A DNA stretch of 64,000 nucleotides from a virus. Made by a program: the position numbers and the translations under genes. How positions within the stretch are numbered: the first letter of the stretch is position 1; each line of letters starts with the position of its first letter. Location of the stretch: IMG/VR virus record IMGVR_UViG_3300035695_000003, positions 4,406 through 68,405 of that record; one strand, given 5' to 3'. Positions 1 through 9,021 of the stretch are shown here, piece after piece. The notes beneath the pieces are model-generated. The model was given only the letters and a program-made list of their open reading frames with translations, made no database searches and was not told the DNA's origin.

Positions 1-502
1 CCGCGCCGTTCAAGAGCACGATGGAGCACGAGTAGCCGAGTGCCGCGGCGCGGGCCGCGAGGCTGTCGATCAGCGGACGTCCCGCCACGGCGGCGCGCGC
101 GACCGATTCCCACGCCCACACCTTCGGCCTGAGCTCCTCCAGCACGTGGAACATCTGGTACACGCAGCCGACCCGCGGATCGTTCTCCCACCAGTTGTCG
201 GCGATGCCGCGCTTCTGGGTGGGGCTCATGCCGGCCTGCGACCACGGGGCGCACGGCGGGTTGCCGTACACGAAGTCGATCTGTTCGTCTTTCAGCGCGG
301 CCAGCGGCCATCGCTCCGGGTCCGTCCAGATCTTGCCATCGAGCTCCGGATGGTTGAGCTTGCTGGTCGCGACGCCGAACGGGCCGTCTTCCAGATGCCC
401 GACGACCTGAAAGCCGGCGCGCTTCACGCCGACTGAAAATCCTCCGGCAAAAATGTACACGCCCAATGCCGTCAGTTTGGTCACCTTGCCGTCCTTTTGC
501 AA
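1..502 (-). CDS. C5-cytosine DNA methyltransferase; the 3' part runs off the window start (partial)
   Basis: Minus-strand translation reads ...LGVYIFAGGFSVGVKRAGF... (motif I F-x-G-x-G) and ...DFVYGNPPCAPWSQAG... (motif IV PC motif). There is no stop before position 1. Start estimated at TTG 502; the true start may lie upstream. Confidence 0.65.
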   Translation of the reverse strand, partial: MQKDGKVTKLTALGVYIFAGGFSVGVKRAGFQVVGHLEDGPFGVATSKLNHPELDGKIWTDPERWPLAALKDEQIDFVYGNPPCAPWSQAGMSPTQKRGIADNWWENDPRVGCVYQMFHVLEELRPKVWAWESVARAAVAGRPLIDSLAARAAALGYSCSIVLLNGA

Positions 503-915
503 GCTCGCATGTGGGCCATCTTTTCGTGCAGCTTTTGTGTGCCTAGCGCTTTCAGAGAGGCTCTTGCTCCTATCCGACCCTGCTCTGTTCGTTGCTCGGG
601 TGTCTGTCGATGCGTCGGGCTGTTGAGCGATCGCGTGGCCGTCGTGTTGCGAGACACAAGGGCAAACCCACGGCCCGCAAGATCGTCGGCCACGGCCTGC
701 TCTGCTCGGGCCAATGCCTGTCGCGACGCGCGCGGTAATTCTCTGACGATCACGCAATCGAGCCCAAGACGTGCCGCCAGCACCAACGTCGCGCGCGACT
801 CGCAGCACGAAGCGCTGCCCACATAGACGCCGAGCGGTCCCATGATGGCATAGACGCCTGATGTCACTTCGCGCCCTGTTCGCGTCGGTAGTATTCCACA
901 TCGCTCGCCTTGCAT
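481..915 (-). CDS. hypothetical protein (uncertain ORF)
   Basis: 144-aa ORF whose central part is not low-complexity (..VYAIMGPLGVYVGSASCCESRATLVLAARLGLD..). It overlaps the neighbours at both ends, so the true start is probably internal. Confidence 0.25.
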   Translation of the reverse strand: MQGERCGILPTRTGREVTSGVYAIMGPLGVYVGSASCCESRATLVLAARLGLDCVIVRELPRASRQALARAEQAVADDLAGRGFALVSRNTTATRSLNSPTHRQTPEQRTEQGRIGARASLKALGTQKLHEKMAHMRACKRTAR

Positions 916-1280
916 CGGTGTCCGAACGCCTTCACGGTCGCCATGATCTCGGCGCCGGTCTGTCCCTCGGCGATGCCCTTGCGGATGAGCTTCGCCTTCG
1001 TGATCGTGGGACCCTGGGAAGCCGGTCGAGGTTGCTCCGACTTGTTGTCCCGACCCGACGCTTGCGCCTTCGGGTTTCCCAGGGCCTCACGACGCGCACG
1101 GACACGCTCAGGCTCTTTGAGCCCCTTCGCGTCGTACCACGCCTTCTGCACCGCGTATCCCGTCGCGCCGTCGAGCGTTCCGACCGTGGCCATCAGGCCG
1201 TCGCGCAGCGGGTACGTCGTGCCGGCGACGACGATCTCGCCGATCTGCGTGTTCGGACCAGCTGTCGTTTCGTCAGTCAT
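864..1280 (-). CDS. hypothetical protein
   Basis: Balanced composition from MTDETTAGPNTQIGEIVVAG..; the upstream ORF extension is R/G-rich junk. Confidence 0.5.
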   Translation of the reverse strand: MTDETTAGPNTQIGEIVVAGTTYPLRDGLMATVGTLDGATGYAVQKAWYDAKGLKEPERVRARREALGNPKAQASGRDNKSEQPRPASQGPTITKAKLIRKGIAEGQTGAEIMATVKAFGHRCKASDVEYYRREQGAK

Positions 1281-1335
1281 GAGGCGCCAAAAATAACGTC
1301 GGGGGACGGCTCGCGCCATCCCCCGAACGTCGTGG

Positions 1336-2214
1336 TCAGAACTGCGGTCTCTTGGGCTGCTCGGCTTCCGGCGCCGCGCCCGTCTCGGCGTCCTGGTCGT
1401 CGGCCTTGGTCGGGTCGACCACCACCGTGCCGGCCATGATGGCCTTGCGGAACTCGGCGGCCATCTTGATCAGCGCCGGGGTCGCGAAGCCGCCCTCGGG
1501 AAACTGGGCGTCTCCGTCGATCGCCTGGAAGACGTAGTTCGCGAACGGCTGGCCGGCGCTGTTCTTCTCGCCGACGCTGGTGGCACGGTACACCCGCAGG
1601 AACACGGGGGCCGGACCCTTGGCCGTCGCGTACTTGTTCTGCGCCATGAGGATGAGCGTGTTCCACTTCCGGCTGCTCTTGAGCTGCGTCACCTTCATGC
1701 TCAAGACCGCCGGCGCCCACGCGGCGTCATGGTCCTGCACCAGCACGTAGTGCATCGCCGTCTCGACGACCTGGACGCGCTTGTCCGTGCCTTCGGCGCC
1801 CTTGCCCGGCACGAACAGCGGCTCCGTGCAGGCCTCGTCCTTGTAGCTGCCCAGGAACCCGCCGCCGTCCTGGCGGTCGATCCACTGGTTCCAGATCTTC
1901 TGGAAGGCCACGGGGATCACGATCACGCCGCCGTCTTCGGGCTTGAAGATCTCACCCGTGACGGTGTTGAACAGGTCGCCGATCTCGGCGCCCTTGATGT
2001 ACTTCGCGTGGGTCTTGTCAATCTGGGGACTCAGTCCCTGAATCAGGCCCAGGAACGGGGTGACCCTGTCCTTCTGACCCGCGTCTTGCGCGCCTTCGCC
2101 CGCGAACTCGCTGGCGAGCGCCGCCAGCTCCGCGTCGTACAGCGCCACGCCGGGCGAGGGCGCCGTCTTTTCCAGGGCCACGCCCGGCCCGCCCTTGCTC
2201 TGCTGCGTCGTCAT
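1336..2214 (-). CDS. conserved phage protein, possibly recombination-associated
   Basis: 292 aa from MTTQQSKGG..; globular composition (..QKIWNQWIDRQDGGGFLGSYKDEACTEPLF..). ATGA overlap with the upstream gene at 2211-2214. Confidence 0.5.
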   Translation of the reverse strand: MTTQQSKGGPGVALEKTAPSPGVALYDAELAALASEFAGEGAQDAGQKDRVTPFLGLIQGLSPQIDKTHAKYIKGAEIGDLFNTVTGEIFKPEDGGVIVIPVAFQKIWNQWIDRQDGGGFLGSYKDEACTEPLFVPGKGAEGTDKRVQVVETAMHYVLVQDHDAAWAPAVLSMKVTQLKSSRKWNTLILMAQNKYATAKGPAPVFLRVYRATSVGEKNSAGQPFANYVFQAIDGDAQFPEGGFATPALIKMAAEFRKAIMAGTVVVDPTKADDQDAETGAAPEAEQPKRPQF

Positions 2215-2726
2215 CCTTCGCCTCCCTTGGGTTTGACCAGCACCGCCACGGTCTCCATCGTGTGCGAGACGCCCGGCGGAATCGGCGTCCCGTCGTCCAA
2301 CCAGTCCTTGACCTGCGCGCGCAAGGTCTGCGCGTTCACCGTCTCCTTGACCAGGCCCGCGTACCCATTGGCCTTGAGCCACGCGAACGTCTCGGGCTGC
2401 ACGTCCTTCTTGATGTGCGCCCAGATCTCCACTCGCAGGTGGACGCGGGCACCCGACGCGTGCGTGAAGCCGCCTCGCCCGTCCGGCCTGATCATGCCGA
2501 GCTCTTGCATCAGCACCGGCAGTTCCTTCTTTCGGATCTCGTCGCGCCGCGCGGTCGCGGCCTTCAGCGATTCGTCCAACGCCTCGACCTGCTCGCTCAC
2601 CTCGATGAACCTGTTCACCAGGGCCTCGAGCCGGTTCTCCGTCTCCGCGGACGCCTGCTCGGGCGCGACCTCGTTCGCGTCCAGCGCCGCGGCCACGTCG
2701 GCCGGGATCCGATCTCCTCCGTCCAT
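2211..2726 (-). CDS. phage protein with an N-terminal coiled coil (Gam/Gp157-like?)
   Basis: Start ATG 2726 preceded by AGAGGAGAGACG. Coiled-coil N-terminus (ENRLEALVNRFIEVSEQVEALDESLKAATARRDEIRKKE). Family assignment is a guess. Confidence 0.5.
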   Translation of the reverse strand: MDGGDRIPADVAAALDANEVAPEQASAETENRLEALVNRFIEVSEQVEALDESLKAATARRDEIRKKELPVLMQELGMIRPDGRGGFTHASGARVHLRVEIWAHIKKDVQPETFAWLKANGYAGLVKETVNAQTLRAQVKDWLDDGTPIPPGVSHTMETVAVLVKPKGGEG

Positions 2727-2870
2727 CGTCTCTCTCCTCTCTAAGAAGCCGAATATACTATCATGGACGCTTTCTGGCCAGCTTTCGTCGCTGAACGGCG
2801 ATCGCTCGAAAAGCGGCGCGCGTCTCCCGATCAAACCGGTCGACCTTCTTGCCCCGCGTTCGACCCTTCT
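2727..2870 (-). promoter_or_regulatory. AT-rich intergenic island with a sigma70-like -10 element for leftward transcription
   Basis: 144-nt gap. Minus strand reads ..CCATGATAGTATATTCGGCTTCTTAGAGAGGAGAGACGATG (TAGTATATT then SD then ATG). Confidence 0.3.
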
Positions 2871-3233
2871 TCACAGGACGTTCAGGTCGACCACGACCGG
2901 ATAGTATCGATGCTCGTGCCGATCCCACTTCAGGACCGTGAATCGACCGCGGTTGGCCTTCGCCGCCGCCGCGCAGGCGATGCCGATAGCCACGGGGTCG
3001 CCGGCGGCCAGGATGAAGTCCTGGTCGGCGTAATCGGCGAGCTTGCGCCGGAGCTCTCGGACCACCGCCGCCGCGTTCAGGACGTTCGTCTGCCGACCCG
3101 TCTCGAGCAGCTGCTCGAGCGTCCCGTAGGCCAGCGCCGAGCTCAGGTCGATGCTCTTGAGCGTGTTGTCGGGCGCCTTGTACCGTGGCTCCTGCACCAC
3201 GTACACGATCGGGCCCCGCTCTGTCGTCGTCAT
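2871..3233 (-). CDS. hypothetical protein
   Basis: 120 aa from MTTTERGPIVYVVQEP..; SD GGCGGAGACG upstream. Confidence 0.5.
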   Translation of the reverse strand: MTTTERGPIVYVVQEPRYKAPDNTLKSIDLSSALAYGTLEQLLETGRQTNVLNAAAVVRELRRKLADYADQDFILAAGDPVAIGIACAAAAKANRGRFTVLKWDRHEHRYYPVVVDLNVL

Positions 3234-3396
3234 CTCTTCGTCTCCGCCTTTCGGGCGATCGTCGGGCACCCGCGCCGATGCTCCAGCTGCCGGGCCCAGT
3301 CGTTTCCGCTTCGCATCTCGTACACCTTGGCCCCGCAGTCGCGGCACCAGTCCACGGGGCGCCAGTCGGCGTCGCCTTTCCGCGGCGCGTGGCTCG

Positions 3397-3579
3397 TCAC
3401 TGTGCCAGCGTCCAGACGAACATGCCGAGCTGGACCAGCGCGCCGACCGCGTAGATCGCGCCGGCCTTGTACCCGTGCCACCGGAAGACGGCCCACGTCT
3501 TCAGCGCCGTCAAGAGGAAGCCCAGGCCGAACAGCACCGCCACCACGATCTTGTACGTCGTGCTCATCAGGGTCTCCAT
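3397..3579 (-). CDS. small membrane protein
   Basis: METLMSTTYKIVVAVLFGLGFLLTALKTWAVFRWHGYKAGAIYAVGALVQLGMFVWTLAQ; two hydrophobic helices. Confidence 0.5.
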   Translation of the reverse strand: METLMSTTYKIVVAVLFGLGFLLTALKTWAVFRWHGYKAGAIYAVGALVQLGMFVWTLAQ

Positions 3580-4031
3580 TGCAAGGCGTTGCCCGCCTTC
3601 GTCCAGAGCTGCTGCGCCAGGGTGAAGAGGATCGGCACCTGCAGCTCGTCCGCGACGTCGTGCCAGCTGATCTCGCGCCGGTACGGCTTGACCATCCACC
3701 CGAGCGCGTGGCCGCCCGCCTCCATCGGCAACGCGAACGCGCCGCCCACGAGCAGCACGGGCCACTTGACATTCGCCGCCTTCTCGATGCGGTCGAAGTG
3801 CGGGATCAGGTCGACCAGCCCGAGCTCCGGCTTCACCTCGACCAGCATCGCCGGCTGCCCGACGCGCATCAGCCCGAAGTCCGGGATCCATCCCTCGACG
3901 CCGACCTCGGGCTCATACTCCCAGCTGATCTTGCACAGGTCGAAGAACGCCGCCCAGCGGGCCTCGAGCCTGCTGCGGAAACGCACGCCGTGTGGGCCCA
4001 TCGTTTCAACGCCGTGTGGCATCAGATCCAT
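3567..4031 (-). CDS. PD-(D/E)XK-family nuclease
   Basis: ..RSRLEARWAAFFDLCKISWEYEPE..IPDFGLMRVGQPAMLVEVKPE.. (D..EVK motif). Only the last 154 aa of the 768-aa track ORF are protein-like. Confidence 0.6.
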   Translation of the reverse strand: MDLMPHGVETMGPHGVRFRSRLEARWAAFFDLCKISWEYEPEVGVEGWIPDFGLMRVGQPAMLVEVKPELGLVDLIPHFDRIEKAANVKWPVLLVGGAFALPMEAGGHALGWMVKPYRREISWHDVADELQVPILFTLAQQLWTKAGNALQWRP

Positions 4032-5986
4032 TCCTTCCAGGCATCGCCCGTCACCATGCGCGAGACGTCGCGCTTGCCGCGCAGGGCGCCGACGACGCGC
4101 TCGTCCACCGTGCCGCGGGCGATCACGTCCACGATGGCCACCGAATGCCGCTGCCGGACGCTCGACGCCCGGTCTTCCGACTGCAGCCTGCTCTCGAGAC
4201 TGAACCCGTTCGACACGTAGCAGATCGTGCGCGCCTGGTCCAGGTTGATGCCGAAGCCGCCCGTCTCGGTCTGTCCTACCAGAAACCGGACGCTCGAGTT
4301 CGGGTCTTGGAACGCCGTCCGCGCCGCGATCCGCCCGTGGTCGTCCACGCCGCCGTGAAACTCGACCACGGCGTCGGCGCCGTACTCGGCCCGCAGCGCG
4401 GTCGCGCAGGCCTCGATCTCTGGTCTGAACCGGCACCACACGATCATCTTGCCCTGCACGTCGCCCGCGAGCTCCATGACGGCGTCCACCTTCGGATTGC
4501 CGCCCGGGATCGGGCGCGCGATCGTCGGCGTGCCGTCGATCAGCTGCTCGGCCTCGGTCGTCTGCGCGGCCACGAAGCCGCCCGCGATCTGCGCGAGCCG
4601 GAGCATCTGGACGATCACGAGCTGAGCCGTGACCTTGCGCCCGTCCATCTCGGCCCGCATCTTCTGGACCATGTCGCGATAGATGCGCGTCTGCTCCGGC
4701 GTCATCTCGACGACGCGCTTCTGATACCCCTTCGGCGGCAGATCGAAGCACTCGTCGCGCGTGATCCTGAAGCTGTACGGGTCGATCAAGGCCTGGAGCT
4801 CGTCCAGGTGCTGATAGCCGAGCACCGCCTTGCCCTGGAACCCGCCCATCAGCGCGTACCGGTTGCGGAACGCGTAGAACGAGCCGAACCCGAGGATCTT
4901 CGGATCCAAGAACTCGAACTGCGAATACAGGTCCAGCGGGCCCTGCGTCGCCGGCGTGCCGGTCAAGATGCGCCGGATCTTGGCGTGGCGCCGGAGCGCC
5001 TGGGCCGCCTTCGTCCGCGCCGAACGCGGCGTCTTGATCCGCGTCGACTCGTCGATCGCCACGAACGTCGGCGCCCGCCGCACGAAGTCCATCGCGATCT
5101 TCGCACCGCGCGGCGTCGACAGCGCCTCGACGTTCATCACCAGCCAGCACATCTCGGTCTCGGAGCCTTCCAGCACGGCCGCGATCGCCTGCTCGTCTGC
5201 CTTGTTCGGCGACGACTGCCACGCCGCGGCCTTGTACGAGACGTAGTCCGGCATGTGCTCGGGCAACGCGTCCGTGACCCACTCGGTCTTGGTCGAGTTC
5301 GGCGCGATCACGAGCGCCTGCCGTACCTGACCGCGGATGTAGTTCCAGCACGCCGTGTCGATCGTCAGCTTCGTCTTCCCGGTCCGCTGCTCCGCGAACA
5401 CCGCGAACGCCGGCATGTCGCGACTGATCAGGAAGCAGCGCCGCTGCCAGTCGAACGGGGCCGGCCCGCCGTGCTTGTAGTCGTCCGGTCCGATCTTCGC
5501 GCGGAGCTCTTCCAGCGTCGCCTGCTTGTCGAGCGTCGCCTCCGTCCGCTCCGACTCGTGGGCGACGACCTCGTCGCGCCACGCCGCGGCCTGCGGGTCC
5601 CAGTCGGCCTGCGGGAACGCGGCGAGCAGGTACTGGACGTTGCGGCGCGTCGGCTTCGCGCGCCAGGCCTGGTCCGTCGTCGACCACGTCCGATAATCCG
5701 GGATGCGTCGGAGCCGCTCGAGATTCGACTGCGACCACGGGGTCTTGATCCGCAGCATGCCGCGGTGTGCGGTGATCGCGTAGCCCGTGGTCTTGGGCTC
5801 CGGGACGCCGGTCAGGTCGAAGCCGACCGCCCGCATGGCGTCCCACGTCTCTCGCGTCCAGGGCGCCTGCCACGTGCCCGTGCCGGCATCGAAGCGCCGG
5901 TTCGGCAACGAGCGCACCATGCGGAGCGATGCAGGCGTCGGCGCGAAGGTCATCACCAGCGTCTGATCTTTCAGTTCGATCTGCAT
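4022..5986 (-). CDS. SNF2/DEAD-like superfamily II helicase
   Basis: Start MQIELKDQ (TAATG overlap at 5986). Motif I FAEQRTGKT, motif II IDESTRIK (DExx), motif III ILTGTP, and C-terminal helicase motifs (QTETGGFGINL). Confidence 0.85.
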   Translation of the reverse strand: MQIELKDQTLVMTFAPTPASLRMVRSLPNRRFDAGTGTWQAPWTRETWDAMRAVGFDLTGVPEPKTTGYAITAHRGMLRIKTPWSQSNLERLRRIPDYRTWSTTDQAWRAKPTRRNVQYLLAAFPQADWDPQAAAWRDEVVAHESERTEATLDKQATLEELRAKIGPDDYKHGGPAPFDWQRRCFLISRDMPAFAVFAEQRTGKTKLTIDTACWNYIRGQVRQALVIAPNSTKTEWVTDALPEHMPDYVSYKAAAWQSSPNKADEQAIAAVLEGSETEMCWLVMNVEALSTPRGAKIAMDFVRRAPTFVAIDESTRIKTPRSARTKAAQALRRHAKIRRILTGTPATQGPLDLYSQFEFLDPKILGFGSFYAFRNRYALMGGFQGKAVLGYQHLDELQALIDPYSFRITRDECFDLPPKGYQKRVVEMTPEQTRIYRDMVQKMRAEMDGRKVTAQLVIVQMLRLAQIAGGFVAAQTTEAEQLIDGTPTIARPIPGGNPKVDAVMELAGDVQGKMIVWCRFRPEIEACATALRAEYGADAVVEFHGGVDDHGRIAARTAFQDPNSSVRFLVGQTETGGFGINLDQARTICYVSNGFSLESRLQSEDRASSVRQRHSVAIVDVIARGTVDERVVGALRGKRDVSRMVTGDAWKEWI

Positions 5987-6513
5987 TACAGGCCGATGCT
6001 CACCAGCGACACGAACGCCCGCGGCTTGGTCGGCGCGTCGAGCGCCGCCCCGAGCGCCAGCCGCGGCTCGATCTTGACCGGCAGCCCGAACACGCGGAAC
6101 AGCGTCAGTCCGCCCGACGACGCGTGCTTCGCCGCCGCGAGTGCCGAATCGTCGGCGGCCTTGAGATCGACGATCTCCTTGCGGAGCGTCGCGTTCTCCT
6201 TCTTCAGGTCCGAGATCTCGCCCGAGTCCGACGCCGCGGCCAGCTCGACCTTCGTGACGAGCGGCGCGCAGACCGGCGGGACGAGCTTCTCTGCCGCGCG
6301 AACGCCGGCCCACCGCGTCATGCGCACCGTGTCGGTCTTGGCAACGCGTCCGCCGAGGCTGTCCACCACGTGCTCGGCCGAGTCTGCCTCGGCCCTCAGT
6401 TCCTTGTTGGCGGCGAGCTCTGCGCGGACCGTCGGCCCCTTGACGAGACCGTCGACCGTCATGCCGGCGAAGAACGCCAGCACGACGACGATCAACCAAT
6501 AGCCGGCTTTCAT
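5986..6513 (-). CDS. membrane-anchored coiled-coil protein
   Basis: MKAGYWLIVVVLAFFAGMTV (TM) followed by a coiled coil (ISDLKKENATLRKEIVDLKAADD). ATGA coupling to the upstream gene. Confidence 0.55.
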   Translation of the reverse strand: MKAGYWLIVVVLAFFAGMTVDGLVKGPTVRAELAANKELRAEADSAEHVVDSLGGRVAKTDTVRMTRWAGVRAAEKLVPPVCAPLVTKVELAAASDSGEISDLKKENATLRKEIVDLKAADDSALAAAKHASSGGLTLFRVFGLPVKIEPRLALGAALDAPTKPRAFVSLVSIGL

Positions 6514-7853
6514 CGGGCCTCGATGAGCGGGAACGACCCGCCCCGCGCGATCTCGTCCACCGCGCCCAGGGTCGTCAGCGACGAGTCGCGGCCGAGCTCG
6601 GGCTTGTAGCTGCCCGCCCAGTAGGCCGCCTCGCGCTTCACGTCGCGGAGGTAGATCGGCACCTCGATGATCCGGCCGAGCTCCTCGTCGAACACTTCCA
6701 TGACCTGCGACGGCTCGTTGAAGGCCTTCATCTTGTTGAGCGCGAAGTCGTCGGTGCGCGTGAACGCGCCCGAGTGGATGGCCCGCGCGCCGTTGTCCGA
6801 GACGCCGACGTCCGTGTGAAAATGCCCGTACCAGAAGTAGTCGATCCGCTGGCCGGCCGTCGCCACCGCGGCCTGGACGCGCGCCTCGTGCTTCGCGAAG
6901 CCATACCAGGGAATGCTCCACGTGCCGACCACGTCGTCGCCGTGGTTGAGCGCGTTCACCCAGCCGCGGATGGACTGGTACGCCGAGTACGAGCGCGGCG
7001 CCAGCACCTGCACGCGGCCCTCTTCCTGATACTTCTTCAGCCGCATGCTGATCACCGTGGCGACCAGGAAGTCCAGGTTGTCGTGCGGGTCGCCGTAGTC
7101 CTTCTTCGTCGTCTGTCGCGGATGGTTGCCCGACAGGCACGTCACGATCACCTGCGGCACCACCTCCGCGAGCTGCGCGATCGCCTCGGCCTCGGCCTCG
7201 CCGATGGCGATGGCCGCGCGGATGTCGTTCCCGAAATGGTTCCGGTACTTCTGCCCGGGCAGATGCAGGTTGCCGTGCTGCGAGTCGCCCAGCTTCTGGA
7301 CCCAGAGCCGCTCGAAGCGGTAGCGCGGCAGATGCTGCCGGAGATACGCCGCCGTGACCTTGGCCCATCGTGCCAGCCGGATGCGGAACACGTCGAAGTT
7401 GTACCGCTCCAGCCCCCACGTGGCCTCGGCCGCGACGACCTCGTCCGCGTGCTCGTCCGTCAGGCTCACCGCGCCGTCGACCTCGAACTGGGCATTGGTC
7501 TGTTTCGGCAGATCGAGCGGGCGCGGATCCCACGGACGAATCTCGTCGCGGATCACCTCGGCAGCCTGCTCGACGATCGTCTTCTTGGCGTCCGCCTCGT
7601 CCAAGGCGGCGCGCAGGTCGCGCACCTGCTGGCGCGATTCCTTCAGCTGCCGCTCCGTGGACCTGAGGATCGGGTCGTCGGCCCGCACGGCCGGCTCGTG
7701 CTGCCCGTCGCCCAGCCTGCGGAGATGCTTGATGCCCTGGTCGTACGTGTTCTTCGAGATGCCGAGGTGATCGCGGATCACGTCGGCGGACTCGCCGCCT
7801 TCGCGCAGATCGCGCAGGCGGGCCAGGCGGTCGGGCGTCCAGACGAAGGGCAT
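6510..7853 (-). CDS. calcineurin-like metallophosphoesterase (SbcD/Mre11-like exonuclease)
   Basis: GDPHDN, TCLSGNHP, GHFHTD phosphoesterase motifs. N-terminal HTH-like region (GISKNTYDQGIKHLRRLG). Confidence 0.8.
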   Translation of the reverse strand: MPFVWTPDRLARLRDLREGGESADVIRDHLGISKNTYDQGIKHLRRLGDGQHEPAVRADDPILRSTERQLKESRQQVRDLRAALDEADAKKTIVEQAAEVIRDEIRPWDPRPLDLPKQTNAQFEVDGAVSLTDEHADEVVAAEATWGLERYNFDVFRIRLARWAKVTAAYLRQHLPRYRFERLWVQKLGDSQHGNLHLPGQKYRNHFGNDIRAAIAIGEAEAEAIAQLAEVVPQVIVTCLSGNHPRQTTKKDYGDPHDNLDFLVATVISMRLKKYQEEGRVQVLAPRSYSAYQSIRGWVNALNHGDDVVGTWSIPWYGFAKHEARVQAAVATAGQRIDYFWYGHFHTDVGVSDNGARAIHSGAFTRTDDFALNKMKAFNEPSQVMEVFDEELGRIIEVPIYLRDVKREAAYWAGSYKPELGRDSSLTTLGAVDEIARGGSFPLIEAR

Positions 7854-7857
7854 TTGA

Positions 7858-8340
7858 TCAGTCCTTGTAGAAGCGGAAGTATTCGCGGTCGATGTTGCCC
7901 GGGGGCACGACCTCGGTGCGCGTCGCGGCCCAGGCCGGCGCGGAGTCTTTCGGGACCATGGACGCGGGCGAATAGTACCACAGCGCGCCGAATCCCGGCG
8001 CGACAGCCAGGTATTCGCCCGACGACCAGACGTCGATGCAGCGCTGCACGTGCATCGGCTCCCAGAGCCCAGCCATCGCCTTGACCCAATAATCTTGCCG
8101 GCACACGGCGCTGAACTGGTTCTTCTGGAGCACGACCTCGACGGCCGTGCCCGGGAAGCGCGCGTCTGCCACCCGGTTCCTGATCACCTGACACACGGCC
8201 TTGATGGCCGGCACGATCATGTCCGCCGTGAACGTCCCCACGGGGGCGGGCGGGACCTCCGTCGCCGCCGTGCAGGCCACGACGTAGTCCGGCCCGTTGC
8301 AGTCGATCATGTCAAGTCTCCTCTCTTGGACGATCTTCAT
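7858..8340 (-). CDS. cell-wall hydrolase, SleB/CwlJ (Hydrolase_2) family; endolysin candidate
   Basis: MKIVQERR.. with ..VIRNRVADARFPGTAVEVVLQKNQFSAV.. (conserved QxNQFS core). The upstream 30 codons of the track ORF are the antisense of a tRNA. Confidence 0.65.
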   Translation of the reverse strand: MKIVQERRLDMIDCNGPDYVVACTAATEVPPAPVGTFTADMIVPAIKAVCQVIRNRVADARFPGTAVEVVLQKNQFSAVCRQDYWVKAMAGLWEPMHVQRCIDVWSSGEYLAVAPGFGALWYYSPASMVPKDSAPAWAATRTEVVPPGNIDREYFRFYKD

Positions 8341-8428
8341 GGCGCCGCCAGGATTCGAACCTGGGATGTTCACCACGTGGGTGGCGGTTTTACAGACCGC
8401 TGCCTTCAGCCTCTCAGACCACGTCGCC
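8340..8428 (-). tRNA. tRNA-Tyr (anticodon GUA), class II with a long variable arm
   Basis: Minus-strand sequence GGCGACG-UG-GUCU-GAGAGGCUGA-AGGC-A-GCGGU-CUGUAAA-ACCGC-CACCCACGUGGUGAACAUC-CCAGG-UUCGAAU-CCUGG-CGGCGCC-A. All four stems pair, with one A:G mismatch in the acceptor stem. Confidence 0.75.
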
Positions 8429-8445
8429 ATAGTCGTTGGTGACGG

Positions 8446-8691
8446 TCAAACAGACGGCATGTTCAGCTTGTCGTTCCCCACCGCCGTCACCCACATGCCG
8501 CCGACGAACGTCGCGAAGCCGGCGTCGAAGTTGTGCCGGATCGCCCAGTCGACGAAGATCTCGAGCGTCCCGAGCGCGGCCAGCGCGTAATGCGTGTCCA
8601 CCCAGAAGCTGGTCGCGAACCAGCCTTCGATCTTCGTCGCGACCTTCAGCGCGAGCGACGGGCGGGCGGGCACGGGCTGGATACCGCTCAT
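8446..8691 (-). CDS. hypothetical protein (lysis-cassette member?)
   Basis: 81 aa with an amphipathic/hydrophobic stretch (FATFVGGMWVTAVG). ATGA coupling to the upstream gene. Confidence 0.45.
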   Translation of the reverse strand: MSGIQPVPARPSLALKVATKIEGWFATSFWVDTHYALAALGTLEIFVDWAIRHNFDAGFATFVGGMWVTAVGNDKLNMPSV

Positions 8692-9017
8692 TGGCCGTCC
8701 ACGAAGTTGCGCCGTTCGCAGTCGTGCTTCTCCGCGGGCGTGTCCGCCACCAGGACGCAGGTCTGCTTCTTCATCTCGTGCCGGATGCCTTCCAGCTCTT
8801 TCAGCTGCAACGAGTCGCGGATCATCGTCGCGCGCTCGCGACCAGAGTCCGCGGACTCGTGGGCCTTCACGGCCTCGCGCGTCTCGGCCGCGTTGCTCGA
8901 CGCGTTGCCCGTGTTGTGCGCGATGGCCGCGACGCCGCCCGCGAGGGCGACGGCGAAGATCCCGACCGCGTATCCGACCGCCGTGGCGCCCTTGAGCGCC
9001 GCCCAGGCCCCCGGCAC
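8688..9017 (-). CDS. N-terminal TM plus coiled-coil protein (i-spanin/Rz-like architecture)
   Basis: AVGYAVGIFAVALAGGVAAIA (TM) followed by a charged coiled coil (RDSLQLKELEGIRHEMKKQ). Confidence 0.5.
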   Translation of the reverse strand: MPGAWAALKGATAVGYAVGIFAVALAGGVAAIAHNTGNASSNAAETREAVKAHESADSGRERATMIRDSLQLKELEGIRHEMKKQTCVLVADTPAEKHDCERRNFVDGQ

Positions 9018-9021
9018 GGGC

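Noticed and set aside
3564-3571. CUGAUGAG (hammerhead core heptamer plus G) on the minus strand
   Set aside because: It lies inside the coding start of the 3397-3579 gene (codons L-M-S). No GAAA, no GUC cleavage triplet and no helix I/III can be drawn. Chance occurrence.
2763-6502. Long plus-strand ORFs (e.g. 2763-4220, 3992-6502) and minus-strand 3567-5873
   Set aside because: R/G/P/A-rich low-complexity translations, antisense or out of frame relative to well-supported genes. These are typical GC-rich shadow ORFs.
8430-8430. 190-aa ORF 7858-8430 as a single gene
   Set aside because: Its first 30 codons are the antisense reading of the tRNA-Tyr gene. The real CDS starts at ATG 8340.
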